From Escherichia coli (GTDB lineage: Bacteria; Pseudomonadota; Gammaproteobacteria; Enterobacterales; Enterobacteriaceae): a stretch of 64,000 nucleotides of DNA. Of this stretch, positions 9,147-18,933 are shown piece by piece. Positions within the stretch are counted from its first letter, which is position 1. Each line of letters begins with the position of its first letter. The stretch is from the NCBI RefSeq assembly GCF_013122565.1, contig NZ_CP053258.1, one strand, 5' to 3'. Under the pieces are notes generated by a model. It was not told the DNA's origin, made no database searches, and worked only from the letters and a program-made list of their open reading frames with translations. The position numbers and the translations under genes are program-made.

Positions 9147-10220
9147 ATGCGCCAGGAAACCCGCTTTAAATTTAATGCTTACCTGTCCCGTGTTGCCGAA
9201 CTGAACGGCATCGACGCCGGTGATGTGTCGAAAAAATTCACCGTTGAACCGTCGGTCACCCAGACCCTGATGAACACCATGCAGGAGTCCTCTGACTTTC
9301 TGACCCGCATCAACATTGTGCCGGTCAGCGAAATGAAAGGGGAAAAAATTGGCATCGGTGTCACCGGCTCCATCGCCAGCACCACCGACACCGCCGGTGG
9401 CACCGAGCGTCAGCCGAAGGACTTCTCGAAGCTGGCGTCTAACAAGTACGAATGCGACCAGGTTAACTTCGATTTTTATATCCGCTACAAAACGCTGGAC
9501 CTGTGGGCGCGTTATCAGGATTTCCAGCTCCGTATCCGTAACGCCATTATCAAACGCCAGTCCCTTGATTTCATCATGGCCGGTTTTAACGGCGTGAGGC
9601 GTGCCGAAACCTCTGACCGCCGCAGTAACCCGATGCTGCAGGATGTGGCGGTCGGCTGGCTGCAGAAATACCGCAATGAAGCCCCGGCGCGCGTGATGAG
9701 CAAGGTTACTGACGAGGAAAGTCACACGACCTCTGAGGTCATCCGCGTGGGTAAGGGCGGTGATTATGCCAGCCTCGATGCACTGGTGATGGATGCGACC
9801 AACAACCTGATTGAGCCGTGGTATCAGGAAGACCCTGACCTTGTGGTGATTGTGGGGCGTCAGCTACTGGCGGACAAGTATTTCCCCATCGTTAACAAGG
9901 AGCAGGACAACAGCGAAATGCTGGCCGCTGACGTCATCATCAGTCAGAAACGCATCGGTAACCTGCCGGCGGTACGCGTCCCGTACTTCCCGGCGGATGC
10001 GATGCTCATCACGAAGCTGGAAAACCTGTCCATCTACTACATGGATGACAGCCATCGCCGCGTGATTGAGGAAAACCCGAAACTCGACCGCGTGGAGAAC
10101 TACGAGTCAATGAACATTGATTACGTGGTGGAAGACTACGCCGCCGGTTGTCTGGTGGAAAAAATTAAGGTCGGTGATTTCTCCACACTGGCTAAAGCGA
10201 CCGCAGAGCCGGGAGCGTAA
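9147..10220 (+). CDS. N: Major capsid protein
   Basis: 357 aa, same length as P2 gpN; position between O and M. Confidence 0.9.
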   Translation: MRQETRFKFNAYLSRVAELNGIDAGDVSKKFTVEPSVTQTLMNTMQESSDFLTRINIVPVSEMKGEKIGIGVTGSIASTTDTAGGTERQPKDFSKLASNKYECDQVNFDFYIRYKTLDLWARYQDFQLRIRNAIIKRQSLDFIMAGFNGVRRAETSDRRSNPMLQDVAVGWLQKYRNEAPARVMSKVTDEESHTTSEVIRVGKGGDYASLDALVMDATNNLIEPWYQEDPDLVVIVGRQLLADKYFPIVNKEQDNSEMLAADVIISQKRIGNLPAVRVPYFPADAMLITKLENLSIYYMDDSHRRVIEENPKLDRVENYESMNIDYVVEDYAAGCLVEKIKVGDFSTLAKATAEPGA

Positions 10221-10223
10221 CCG

Positions 10224-10967
10224 ATGACGAGTCCCGCACAGCGCCACATGATGCGGGTCTCGGCAGCGATGACCGCGCAGCGGGAAGCCGCCCCGCTGCG
10301 ACATGCAACTGTCTATGAGCAGATGCTGGTTAAGCTCGCCGCAGACCAGCGCACACTGAAAGCGATTTATTCAAAAGAGCTGAAGGCCGCGAAAAAACGC
10401 GAACTGCTGCCGTTCTGGTTGCCGTGGGTGAACGGCGTGCTGGAGCAGGGCAAAGGTGCACAGGATGACATTCTGATGACGGTCATGCTGTGGCGTCTGG
10501 ATACCGGCGATATTGCCGGTGCGCTGGAGATTGCCCGTTATGCCCTGAAGTACGGTCTGACCATGCCGGGTAAACACCGCCGCACCCCGCCGTACATGTT
10601 CACCGAGGAGGTGGCGCTTGCGGCCATGCGCGCTCACGCTGCCGGTGAATCCGTGGATACCCGCCTGCTGACGGAGACCCTTGAACTGACCGCCACGGCT
10701 GACATGCCTGATGAAGTGCGCGCAAAGCTGCACAAAATCACCGGTCTGTTTCTGCGTGACGCTGGTGATGCCGCAGGGGCGCTGGCGCACCTGCAACGTG
10801 CGACACAGCTCGACTGTCAGGCAGGCGTCAAAAAAGAGATTGAACGACTGGAGCGGGAGCTGAAACCGAAGCCGGAGCCGCAGCCAAAAGCGGCCACCCG
10901 TACCCCGCGTAAGACCCGGAGCGTGACACCGGTAAAACGTGGACGCCCGAAAAAGAAAGCCAGTTAA
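10224..10967 (+). CDS. M: Terminase small subunit
   Basis: 247 aa, same length as P2 gpM; basic C-terminus. Confidence 0.85.
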   Translation: MTSPAQRHMMRVSAAMTAQREAAPLRHATVYEQMLVKLAADQRTLKAIYSKELKAAKKRELLPFWLPWVNGVLEQGKGAQDDILMTVMLWRLDTGDIAGALEIARYALKYGLTMPGKHRRTPPYMFTEEVALAAMRAHAAGESVDTRLLTETLELTATADMPDEVRAKLHKITGLFLRDAGDAAGALAHLQRATQLDCQAGVKKEIERLERELKPKPEPQPKAATRTPRKTRSVTPVKRGRPKKKAS

Positions 10968-11066
10968 CAACCGAATGCGCCCCGCGCCAGGGCGGCACGC
11001 CGGTCAGTGAGGGTGAATCACCTGACACTGCACCGGCGTCCACCGCCCGACTTTTCAGAGGTAGTC

Positions 11067-11576
11067 ATGATGACGCTGATTATTCCGCGAAAGGAGGCTC
11101 CCGTGTCCGGTGAGGGTACGGTGGTCATCCCGCAACCGGCAGGCGACGAGCCGGTGATTAAAAACACGTTCTTTTTTCCCGATATCGACCCGAAGCGCGT
11201 CCGGGAACGTATGCGCCTTGAGCAGACCGTCGCCCCCGCCCGTCTGCGTGAGGCCATCAAGTCAGGCATGGCGGAGACGAATGCGGAGCTGTACGAGTAC
11301 CGCGAACAGAAAATTGCCGCCGGTTTTACGCGTCTGGCGGACGTTCCGGCGGACGACATCGACGGTGAAAGCATCAGAGTTTTTTACTACGAGCGCGCCG
11401 TGTGTGCGATGGCGACCGCGTCGCTTTATGAGCGTTATCGCGGCGTGGATGCCAGTGCGAAAGGCGACAAGAAGGCTGACAGCATTGACAGCACCATCGA
11501 TGAACTGTGGCGGGATATGCGCTGGGCAGTGGCGCGCATCCAGGACAAGCCGCGCTGCATCGTGAGTCAAATCTGA
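11067..11576 (+). CDS. L: Head completion/stabilisation protein
   Basis: Internal start MMTLIIPRKE gives 169 aa as in P2 gpL; the track ORF extends to 11007. Confidence 0.8.
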   Translation: MMTLIIPRKEAPVSGEGTVVIPQPAGDEPVIKNTFFFPDIDPKRVRERMRLEQTVAPARLREAIKSGMAETNAELYEYREQKIAAGFTRLADVPADDIDGESIRVFYYERAVCAMATASLYERYRGVDASAKGDKKADSIDSTIDELWRDMRWAVARIQDKPRCIVSQI

Positions 11577-11779
11577 TGAAGACCTTTGCGCTACAGGGCG
11601 ACACGCTCGACGCCATTTGTGTCCGGTATTACGGGCGCACTGAGGGCGTGGTCGAGGCTGTGCTCGCCGCAAATCCGGGACTGGCTGAACTGGGGGCGGT
11701 GCTGCCACATGGCACCGCCGTCGAACTGCCCGACGTTCAGACCGCGCCCGTGGCTGAAACTGTCAATCTGTGGGAGTAA
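11576..11779 (+). CDS. X: Tail protein X
   Basis: Start MKTFALQGDTLD gives 67 aa as in P2 gpX; its start overlaps the L stop. Confidence 0.8.
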   Translation: MKTFALQGDTLDAICVRYYGRTEGVVEAVLAANPGLAELGAVLPHGTAVELPDVQTAPVAETVNLWE

Positions 11780-11782
11780 CGC

Positions 11783-12064
11783 ATGACAGCAGAAGAAAAA
11801 AGCGTCCTGTCGCTTTTCATGATTGGGGTGCTGATTGTTGTCGGCAAGGTGCTTGCCGGTGGTGAACCCATCACCCCGCGTCTGTTTATCGGGCGCATGT
11901 TGCTCGGTGGTTTTGTCTCGATGGTTGCCGGTGTTGTTCTGGTGCAGTTTCCTGACCTGTCACTGCCTGCGGTGTGCGGCATCGGCTCCATGCTGGGTAT
12001 CGCCGGTTATCAGGTGATTGAGATTGCCATTCAGCGCCGCTTTAAGGGCAGGGGGAAACCGTAA
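11783..12064 (+). CDS. Y: Holin
   Basis: 93 aa with hydrophobic helices, directly upstream of the endolysin gene as in P2. Confidence 0.85.
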   Translation: MTAEEKSVLSLFMIGVLIVVGKVLAGGEPITPRLFIGRMLLGGFVSMVAGVVLVQFPDLSLPAVCGIGSMLGIAGYQVIEIAIQRRFKGRGKP

Positions 12065-12561
12065 TGCCGGTAATTAACACGCATCAGAATATCGCGGCCT
12101 TTCTCGACATGCTGGCAGTGTCCGAAGGGACGGCGAATCATCCGCTGACGAAAAACCGGGGCTATGACGTGATAGTCACCGGACTGGACGGGAAGCCGGA
12201 AGTTTTCACCGACTACAGTGACCACCCGTTCGCGCATGGCCGACCGGCGAAGGTGTTTAACCGTCGCGGTGAAAAATCCACGGCCTCCGGTCGCTATCAG
12301 CAGCTTTACCTGTTCTGGCCGCACTACCGCAAACAGCTTGCCCTGCCGGATTTCAGTCCGCTGTCACAGGACAGGCTCGCCATTCAGTTGATCCGCGAAC
12401 GCGGTGCACTGGATGACATCCGGGCGGGACGCATTGAGCGCGCCATTTCACGCTGTCGCAATATCTGGGCGTCCCTGCCGGGTGCCGGTTACGGTCAGCG
12501 TGAGCATTCACTGGAAAAACTGGTCACCGTCTGGCGTACCGCTGGCGGCGTACCGGCTTAA
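12064..12561 (+). CDS. K: Endolysin (lysozyme)
   Basis: 165 aa, same length as P2 gpK; follows the holin. Confidence 0.85.
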   Translation: MPVINTHQNIAAFLDMLAVSEGTANHPLTKNRGYDVIVTGLDGKPEVFTDYSDHPFAHGRPAKVFNRRGEKSTASGRYQQLYLFWPHYRKQLALPDFSPLSQDRLAIQLIRERGALDDIRAGRIERAISRCRNIWASLPGAGYGQREHSLEKLVTVWRTAGGVPA

Positions 12562-12575
12562 ACGGAGTAAACACC

Positions 12576-13001
12576 ATGAAGAAATTATCCCTTTCACTGA
12601 TGCTGAACGTGTCGCTGGCGCTGATGCTGGCACTGTCCCTGATTTACCCGCAGAGCGTGGCCGTCAATTTTGTCGCCGCCTGGGCGATTCTGGCGACGGT
12701 TATCTGTGTGGTTGCCGGTGGTGTCGGCGTGTATGCCACTGAGTATGTGCTGGAACGCTACGGGCGGGAGCTGCCGCCGGAATCGCTGGCCGTGAAGATT
12801 GTCACGTCGCTGTTTTTGCAGCCGGTGCCGTGGCGCAGGCGGGCAGCGGCTCTGGTGGTGATGGTGGCGACATTTAGCTCGCTGGTCGCTGCCGGGTGGA
12901 TTTTTACTGCGCTGATTTACCTCGTGGCGTCGGTGTTCTTCCGGCTGATACGTACGGCCTGCCGTCAGCGTTTTGAGGGGCGGGAACCATGTCAAAGCTG
13001 A
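12576..13001 (+). CDS. lysA: Lysis timing/accessory membrane protein
   Basis: 141 aa, very hydrophobic with multiple TM helices; matches P2 LysA length and position. Confidence 0.8.
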   Translation: MKKLSLSLMLNVSLALMLALSLIYPQSVAVNFVAAWAILATVICVVAGGVGVYATEYVLERYGRELPPESLAVKIVTSLFLQPVPWRRRAAALVVMVATFSSLVAAGWIFTALIYLVASVFFRLIRTACRQRFEGREPCQS

Positions 13002-13414
13002 TGATTGTGCTGGTTGTATTGTTATCACTGGCGGTGGCGGGGCTGTTTCTGGTGAAGCATGAAAATGCCAGCCTGCGCACCTCACTGGACAGGGCGAACA
13101 GCGTCGCCAGCGGGCAGCAGACGACCATCACCATGCTGAAAAATCAGCTTCATGTTGCCCTCACCAGGGCAGACAAAAACGAGCTGGCGCAGGTGGCACT
13201 GCGTCAGGAACTGGAGAACGCCGCGAAGCGTGAAGCACTGCGCGAGAAAACCATCACGAGGTTACTTAATGAAAACGAGGATTTTCGCCGCTGGTATGGC
13301 GCTGACCTGCCTGATGCTGTGCGCCGGTTGCACCAGCGTCCGGCCTGCACTGACGCCAGTGATTGTCGCCAACGCCTGCCCGAAAGTGAGCCTTTGCCCG
13401 ATGCCGGGCAGTGA
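12989..13414 (+). CDS. lysB: Spanin inner-membrane subunit (Rz-like)
   Basis: 141 aa with N-terminal TM segment and coiled-coil-like body; matches P2 LysB. Confidence 0.8.
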   Translation: MSKLMIVLVVLLSLAVAGLFLVKHENASLRTSLDRANSVASGQQTTITMLKNQLHVALTRADKNELAQVALRQELENAAKREALREKTITRLLNENEDFRRWYGADLPDAVRRLHQRPACTDASDCRQRLPESEPLPDAGQ

Positions 13415-13559
13415 CCCGCAGAAGAACGGCGATTTAAGTGCCGATATCCGGCAGCTTGAGAACGCGCTGGCACGCTGTGCCAGCCAGGTAAAAATGATTA
13501 AACACTGTCAGGACGAAAACGATGCTCAAACCCGACAGCCTGCGCAGGGCGCTGACTGA
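13269..13559 (+). CDS. lysC: Spanin outer-membrane lipoprotein (Rz1-like), starts inside lysB in the +1 frame
   Basis: Internal start MKTRIFAAGMALTCLMLCAGC with lipobox LCAGC; 96 aa as for P2 LysC; begins within lysB and ends 145 nt after it. Confidence 0.7.
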   Translation: MKTRIFAAGMALTCLMLCAGCTSVRPALTPVIVANACPKVSLCPMPGSDPQKNGDLSADIRQLENALARCASQVKMIKHCQDENDAQTRQPAQGAD

Positions 13560-13989
13560 TGCCGTCACGGTGCTGAAAACCAGTCCCGAGATGCTGCGGA
13601 TATTCGTGGATAACGGGAGTATTGCCTCCACACTGGCGACGTCGTTGTCATTCGAAAAGCGTTACACGCTCAATGTGATTGTGACCGACTTTACCGGTGA
13701 TTTTGACCTGCTCATTGTGCCGGTGCTGGCGTGGCTGCGGGAAAATCAGCCCGACATCATGACCACTGACGAAGGTCAGAAAAAGGGCTTCACGTTTTAT
13801 GCAGACATCAACAATGACAGCAGCTTTGATATCAGCATCAGCCTGATGCTGACCGAGCGCACGCTGGTCAGTGAGGTTGACGGTGCGCTGCATGTGAAGA
13901 ATATCCCGGAACCTCCGCCGCCGGAGCCGGTTACCCGCCCGATGGAGCTGTATATCAATGGCGAACTGGTGAGCAAGTGGGATGAATGA
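13522..13989 (+). CDS. R: Tail completion protein
   Basis: 155 aa, same length and position as P2 gpR. Confidence 0.85.
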   Translation: MLKPDSLRRALTDAVTVLKTSPEMLRIFVDNGSIASTLATSLSFEKRYTLNVIVTDFTGDFDLLIVPVLAWLRENQPDIMTTDEGQKKGFTFYADINNDSSFDISISLMLTERTLVSEVDGALHVKNIPEPPPPEPVTRPMELYINGELVSKWDE

Positions 13990-14434
13990 GTTTAAGCGTT
14001 TTGAAGACCGGCTGACCGGACTGATTGAGTCGCTGTCACCGTCAGGGCGTCGACGACTGAGTGCCGAACTGGCGAAACGTCTGCGTCAGAGTCAGCAGCG
14101 TCGGGTGATGGCACAGAAAGCCCCGGACGGCACACCCTACGCGCCACGCCAGCAGCAGAGCGCCAGAAAAAAGACCGGTCGTGTTAAGCGAAAAATGTTT
14201 GCGAAACTTATCACCAGTCGCTTTTTGCATATCCGCGCCAGCCCGGAACAGGCATCAATGGAATTTTACGGCGGGAAGTCGCCGAAAATCGCCAGTGTGC
14301 ATCAGTTCGGTCTGTCGGAAGAAAACCGGAAAGACGGTAAGAAAATTGATTATCCGGCGCGTCCTCTGCTCGGCTTTACCGGTGAGGATGTGCAGATGAT
14401 TGAAGAGATTATTCTGGCTCACCTCGACCGTTAG
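13982..14434 (+). CDS. S: Tail completion protein
   Basis: 150 aa, same length and position as P2 gpS. Confidence 0.85.
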   Translation: MNEFKRFEDRLTGLIESLSPSGRRRLSAELAKRLRQSQQRRVMAQKAPDGTPYAPRQQQSARKKTGRVKRKMFAKLITSRFLHIRASPEQASMEFYGGKSPKIASVHQFGLSEENRKDGKKIDYPARPLLGFTGEDVQMIEEIILAHLDR

Positions 14435-14500
14435 TTGTGCCATTCCTGACACCTCATCGTCACATTGCCGCCGGTATGACCCGGCGGCATCCTTCCCGTT

Positions 14501-15136
14501 ATGAACACTCTCGCAAATATCCAGGAACTCGCGCGCGCACTGCGCAATATGATTCGCACCGGCCTTGTCGTCGAAACCGACCTTAACGCCGGTCGCTGCC
14601 GAGTGCAGACCGGCGGCATGTGCACTGACTGGCTTCAGTGGCTGACTCATCGCGCCGGGCGTTCGCGCACATGGTGGGCACCTTCCGTGGGGGAACAGGT
14701 GCTGATTCTGGCCGTGGGCGGTGAACTTGACACGGCGTTTGTTCTGCCGGGGATTTATTCCGGCGATAACCCCGCGCCGTCTGCGTCGGCGGATGCCCTG
14801 CATATCCGTTTCCCTGACGGGGCGGTGATTGAGTATGAACCCGAAACCAGTGCACTCACGGTAAGCGGAATTAAAACGGTCAGCGTGACGGCTTCTGATT
14901 CTGTTACTGCCACGGTGCCGGTGGTCATGGTGAAAGCGTCAACCCGCATCACCCTGGACACACCGGAGGTGGTCTGCACCAACAGGCTGATTACCGGCAC
15001 GCTGGAAGTGCAGAAGGGCGGGACGATGCGCGGCAACATTGAACACACCGGCGGTGAACTCTCATCAAACGGTAAGGTACTGCATACCCACAAACACCCC
15101 GGCGACAGCGGCGGCACAACCGGGAGTCCTTTATGA
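14501..15136 (+). CDS. V: Baseplate spike/central hub protein
   Basis: 211 aa, same length as P2 gpV; first gene of the V W J I H G operon. Confidence 0.85.
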   Translation: MNTLANIQELARALRNMIRTGLVVETDLNAGRCRVQTGGMCTDWLQWLTHRAGRSRTWWAPSVGEQVLILAVGGELDTAFVLPGIYSGDNPAPSASADALHIRFPDGAVIEYEPETSALTVSGIKTVSVTASDSVTATVPVVMVKASTRITLDTPEVVCTNRLITGTLEVQKGGTMRGNIEHTGGELSSNGKVLHTHKHPGDSGGTTGSPL

Positions 15137-15480
15137 CAGCTCGTTATCTCGGAATGAATCGCAGTAATGGCCTGACTGTCACTGACCTTGAGCATATCAG
15201 CCAGAGTATCGGCGATATCCTGCGTACACCGGTCGGCTCACGGGTGATGCGTCGTGATTACGGCTCGTTGCTGGCATCAATGATTGACCAGCCGCAGACC
15301 CCGGCGCTTGAGTTGCAGATTAAGGTCGCCTGTTACATGGCGGTGCTGAAATGGGAACCCCGCGTCACCCTGTCATCCGTCACCACGGCGCGCAGTTTTG
15401 ACGGGCGAATGACGGTCACGTTAACCGGCCAGCACAACGACACCGGCCAGCCACTTTCGTTAACCATCCCTGTGAGTTGA
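15133..15480 (+). CDS. W: Baseplate wedge protein (gp25-like)
   Basis: 115 aa, same as P2 gpW; start overlaps the V stop. Confidence 0.85.
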   Translation: MTARYLGMNRSNGLTVTDLEHISQSIGDILRTPVGSRVMRRDYGSLLASMIDQPQTPALELQIKVACYMAVLKWEPRVTLSSVTTARSFDGRMTVTLTGQHNDTGQPLSLTIPVS

Positions 15481-15484
15481 AACC

Positions 15485-16393
15485 ATGCCGATTATCGACC
15501 TGAACCAGCTACCCGCACCGGATGTGGTCGAGGAGCTGGACTTTGAAACCATTCTCGCCGAACGCAAGGCGACACTGATTTCCCTTTACCCGGAAGACCA
15601 GCAGGAGGCGGTCGCCCGTACCCTGACACTGGAATCTGAGCCTCTCGTCAAACTGCTGGAGGAAAATGCTTATCGTGAGCTTATCTGGCGTCAGCGTGTG
15701 AATGAGGCCGCACGGGCGGTGATGCTGGCTTGTGCCGCCGGTAATGACCTTGATGTGATTGGTGCCAATTACAACACCACGCGCCTGATTATCACCCCGG
15801 CAGATGATTCGACTATCCCGCCGACACCGGCAGTGATGGAGTCTGACACCGATTATCGTCTGCGTATTCAGCAGGCGTTTGAGGGCTTAAGCGTCGCCGG
15901 GTCGGTGGGAGCCTATCAGTATCATGGTCGCAGTGCTGACGGGCGTGTCGCGGATATTTCTGTCACCAGTCCGTCTCCGGCCTGCGTCACCATCTCTGTG
16001 CTGTCACGTGAAAATAACGGTGTTGCATCCGAAGACCTGCTGGCCGTGGTGCGTAACGCCCTTAATGGCGAGGACGTCAGGCCGGTGGCCGACCGCGTGA
16101 CCGTGCAGTCTGCCGCCATCGTTGAATACCAGATAAACGCCACGCTGTATCTTTACCCTGGTCCCGAAAGCGAACCCATTCGCGCTGCCGCCGTGAAAAA
16201 ACTGGAAGCGTATATCACGGCACAGCACCGGCTGGGGCGCGACATCCGTCTGTCTGCCATTTATGCCGCTTTGCATGTGGAAGGCGTGCAGCGTGTCGAA
16301 CTGGCTGCACCGCTGGCCGACATCGTGCTCAACAATACGCAGGCGTCTTTCTGTACCGAATACCGCGTCGTGACCGGAGGCTCGGATGAGTGA
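15485..16393 (+). CDS. J: Baseplate wedge protein
   Basis: 302 aa, same as P2 gpJ. Confidence 0.85.
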   Translation: MPIIDLNQLPAPDVVEELDFETILAERKATLISLYPEDQQEAVARTLTLESEPLVKLLEENAYRELIWRQRVNEAARAVMLACAAGNDLDVIGANYNTTRLIITPADDSTIPPTPAVMESDTDYRLRIQQAFEGLSVAGSVGAYQYHGRSADGRVADISVTSPSPACVTISVLSRENNGVASEDLLAVVRNALNGEDVRPVADRVTVQSAAIVEYQINATLYLYPGPESEPIRAAAVKKLEAYITAQHRLGRDIRLSAIYAALHVEGVQRVELAAPLADIVLNNTQASFCTEYRVVTGGSDE

Positions 16394-16997
16394 TTCGCGA
16401 CTGCTGCCGACCGGCTCATCACCGCTTGAAGTCGCCGCCGCAAAAGCCTGTGCGGAAATTGAAAAAACGCCGGTCAGTATTCGTGAGCTGTGGAACCCGG
16501 ATACCTGTCCGGCAAATCTGCTGCCGTGGCTGGCGTGGTCATTTTCGGTTGACCGCTGGGATGATAAGTGGCCGGAAGCGACAAAACGCGCTGTTATCCG
16601 CGATGCGTATTTCATTCACTGCCATAAGGGCACTATAGGCGCAATCCGGCGTGTGGTGGAGCCGCTCGGCTATCTGATTGAGGTAAGGGAGTGGTGGCAG
16701 CTCAACGAGGAGCCGGGGACGTTCCGTATCGTTGTTGGTGTGCTTGAGCAGGGTATTACCGAGGAAATGTATCAGGAGCTGGAGCGCCTCGTTGCTGATG
16801 CAAAACCGGCAAGCCGCCATCTGACGGGACTGGCTATCAGCTTAAGTACAACCGGCAACATTTTTGCCGGTGCGGGATGCTATCACGGCGACGCCCTGAC
16901 GGTTTATCCCTACACCCCGGAGGCCATTATTGTCGGAGGGGATTATTTCCCGGCCTCGGCCATTCATTTAATTGATAACCTGAGAGTAAACGCATGA
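16386..16997 (+). CDS. I: Baseplate protein
   Basis: 203-aa ORF in the gpI position (P2 gpI is 176 aa, so the true start may be internal). Confidence 0.75.
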   Translation: MSDSRLLPTGSSPLEVAAAKACAEIEKTPVSIRELWNPDTCPANLLPWLAWSFSVDRWDDKWPEATKRAVIRDAYFIHCHKGTIGAIRRVVEPLGYLIEVREWWQLNEEPGTFRIVVGVLEQGITEEMYQELERLVADAKPASRHLTGLAISLSTTGNIFAGAGCYHGDALTVYPYTPEAIIVGGDYFPASAIHLIDNLRVNA

Positions 16998-18331
16998 CAG
17001 TGAAATACTACGCCATTCTGACTAATCAGGGCGCAGCACGGCTGGCTAACGCGACGATGCTCGGCAGTAAGCTGAATCTGACGCAAATGGCCGTTGGTGA
17101 TGCGAATGGTGTCTTGCCGACACCAGACCCGGCACAGACAAAACTGATTAACCAGAAACGCATCGCGCCGCTGAATCTTCTGAGTGTTGACCCGAACAAC
17201 CAGAGCCAGATTATTGCGGAGCAAATCATCCCTGAGAACGAGGGCGGATTCTGGATCCGTGAGATTGGGCTTTATGATGATGAAGGCGTACTCATTGCGG
17301 TGGCGAACTGCCCGGAAACGTACAAACCGCAGTTGCAGGAAGGCAGTGGTCGTACCCAGACTATCCGCATGATTCTGGTTGTCACGAATACCGAAGCTAT
17401 CACGCTGAAAATCGACCCGTCGGTGGTACTGGCGACCCGTAAATACGTGGATGATGAAGTCCTGGAATTAAGGCTGTATGTGGATGACCAGATGAGCAAA
17501 CACATTGCCGCACAGGACCCTCATACCCAGTATGCACAGAAACATAATCCGACATTTACCGGAGAACCAAAAGCGCCGACGCCTGCCGCAGGAAATAACA
17601 CCACGCGGATTGCGACCACTGAGTTTGTTCAGGCCGCTATTACCGCTCTGATTAACGGCGCGCCAGCCACGCTGGACACACTGAAAGAAATTGCCGCAGC
17701 CATTAACAATGACCCGAAATTCAGTACCACCATTAACAATGCGCTGTCAGGTAAGCAGCCACTGGATGAGACGCTGACGCATTTGAGCGGAAAGGATGTT
17801 GCCGGTCTTCTCGCATACCTTGGTTTGGGAGAAGGTTCGGCATTACCCGTTGGTGTGCCTGTTCCGTGGCCTTCAGCCACACCGCCTACTGGCTGGCTGA
17901 AATGCAACGGTGCGGCTTTTTCTGCTGAAGAATACCCGGAACTGGCAAAGGTTTATCCGACAAATAAATTGCCTGATTTACGCGGTGAATTTATTCGTGG
18001 CTGGGATGACGGGCGTGGAGTGGATAGCGGTCGTACTTTATTAACGAATCAAGAGCATGCAGTAATTTCTCATAATCATGGAATACCTACAAAAGTGGGG
18101 TCAGTTACTAATATCCCGTATGGAATAGAACAGGTTATATCTGATGAAACCATTTTTTCATCAGCAAAAACAGTTGGTGTGGATTACTGGTCTAACAGTG
18201 AAAGAGTTTTTACTTATACAACTGGTGGAAGAAATGGTGCTGAATCAGTGAGTTCACCTGATGCCTCCTCTTTAATTAAAGAAACCAGACCACGGAACCT
18301 GGCATTTGCGTATATCGTGAGGGCTGCATAA
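16994..18331 (+). CDS. H: Tail fibre protein: constant N-terminal part plus currently expressed variable C-terminal part
   Basis: 445 aa in the gpH position. A gix-like crossover site lies inside the gene at 17808..17833, so residues after about 277 belong to the invertible segment. Confidence 0.85.
   Translation: MTVKYYAILTNQGAARLANATMLGSKLNLTQMAVGDANGVLPTPDPAQTKLINQKRIAPLNLLSVDPNNQSQIIAEQIIPENEGGFWIREIGLYDDEGVLIAVANCPETYKPQLQEGSGRTQTIRMILVVTNTEAITLKIDPSVVLATRKYVDDEVLELRLYVDDQMSKHIAAQDPHTQYAQKHNPTFTGEPKAPTPAAGNNTTRIATTEFVQAAITALINGAPATLDTLKEIAAAINNDPKFSTTINNALSGKQPLDETLTHLSGKDVAGLLAYLGLGEGSALPVGVPVPWPSATPPTGWLKCNGAAFSAEEYPELAKVYPTNKLPDLRGEFIRGWDDGRGVDSGRTLLTNQEHAVISHNHGIPTKVGSVTNIPYGIEQVISDETIFSSAKTVGVDYWSNSERVFTYTTGGRNGAESVSSPDASSLIKETRPRNLAFAYIVRAA
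17808..17833. other. gix/hix-like invertase crossover site (left), inside H
   Basis: TTCTCGCATACC TT GGTTTGGGAGAA: 12-2-12 layout with the same half-site style as hixL from memory, and an inverted match to the right site. Confidence 0.6.
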
Positions 18332-18933
18332 TGGATTACGCCGTATTAAATAACGAGTTTATCGCCACCCAGGCAGGAAATATTACTGTTTATAACTATG
18401 ATGGTGAAACGCGTGAATATATTTCTACATCAACTGAATATCTCGCTGTCGGCGTCGGTATTCCGGCATGTTCTTGTTTGGATGCACCAGGTACACATAA
18501 AGCTGGTTATGCAATCTGTCGCTCTGTAGATTTAAATTCATGGGAATATGTGCCAGACCATCGCGGTGAAATCGTCTATAGCACCGAAACAGGAGAATCG
18601 AAAGAAATCACAGCTCCGGGTGATTATCCTGAAAATACAACCACTATCGCCCCGTTAACGCCATACGATGAATGGAATGGTGAGAAATGGGTGACAGATA
18701 CTGAGGCACAGCATAGTGCCGCAGTAGACGCGGCAGAAGCACAGCGCCAGTCGCTGATTGATGCTGCAATGGCTTCCATCAGTCTGATTCAACTGAAATT
18801 ACGGGCCGGGCGGAAGCTGACGCAGCCAGAAAACACCCGACTTAACGCCGTGCTGGATTACATTGACGCGGTGACGGCAACAGATACCAGCACCGCACCG
18901 GATGTCATCTGGCCTGAACTGCCGGAGGCGTAG
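18331..18933 (+). CDS. G: Tail fibre assembly chaperone (expressed orientation)
   Basis: 200 aa, gpG position; C-terminal motif TSTAPDVIWPELPE typical of tail fibre assembly proteins. Confidence 0.8.
   Translation: MDYAVLNNEFIATQAGNITVYNYDGETREYISTSTEYLAVGVGIPACSCLDAPGTHKAGYAICRSVDLNSWEYVPDHRGEIVYSTETGESKEITAPGDYPENTTTIAPLTPYDEWNGEKWVTDTEAQHSAAVDAAEAQRQSLIDAAMASISLIQLKLRAGRKLTQPENTRLNAVLDYIDAVTATDTSTAPDVIWPELPEA

Noticed and set aside
14447-14464. TGA-N12-ACA dyad upstream of gene V as an Ogr-dependent late promoter site
   Set aside because: P2 late-promoter activator sites are centred near -55 (from memory); this dyad is too close to the V start codon, and the first half is TGA rather than TGT. 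Late promoters upstream of P/O, V and FI are expected but I could not place them.
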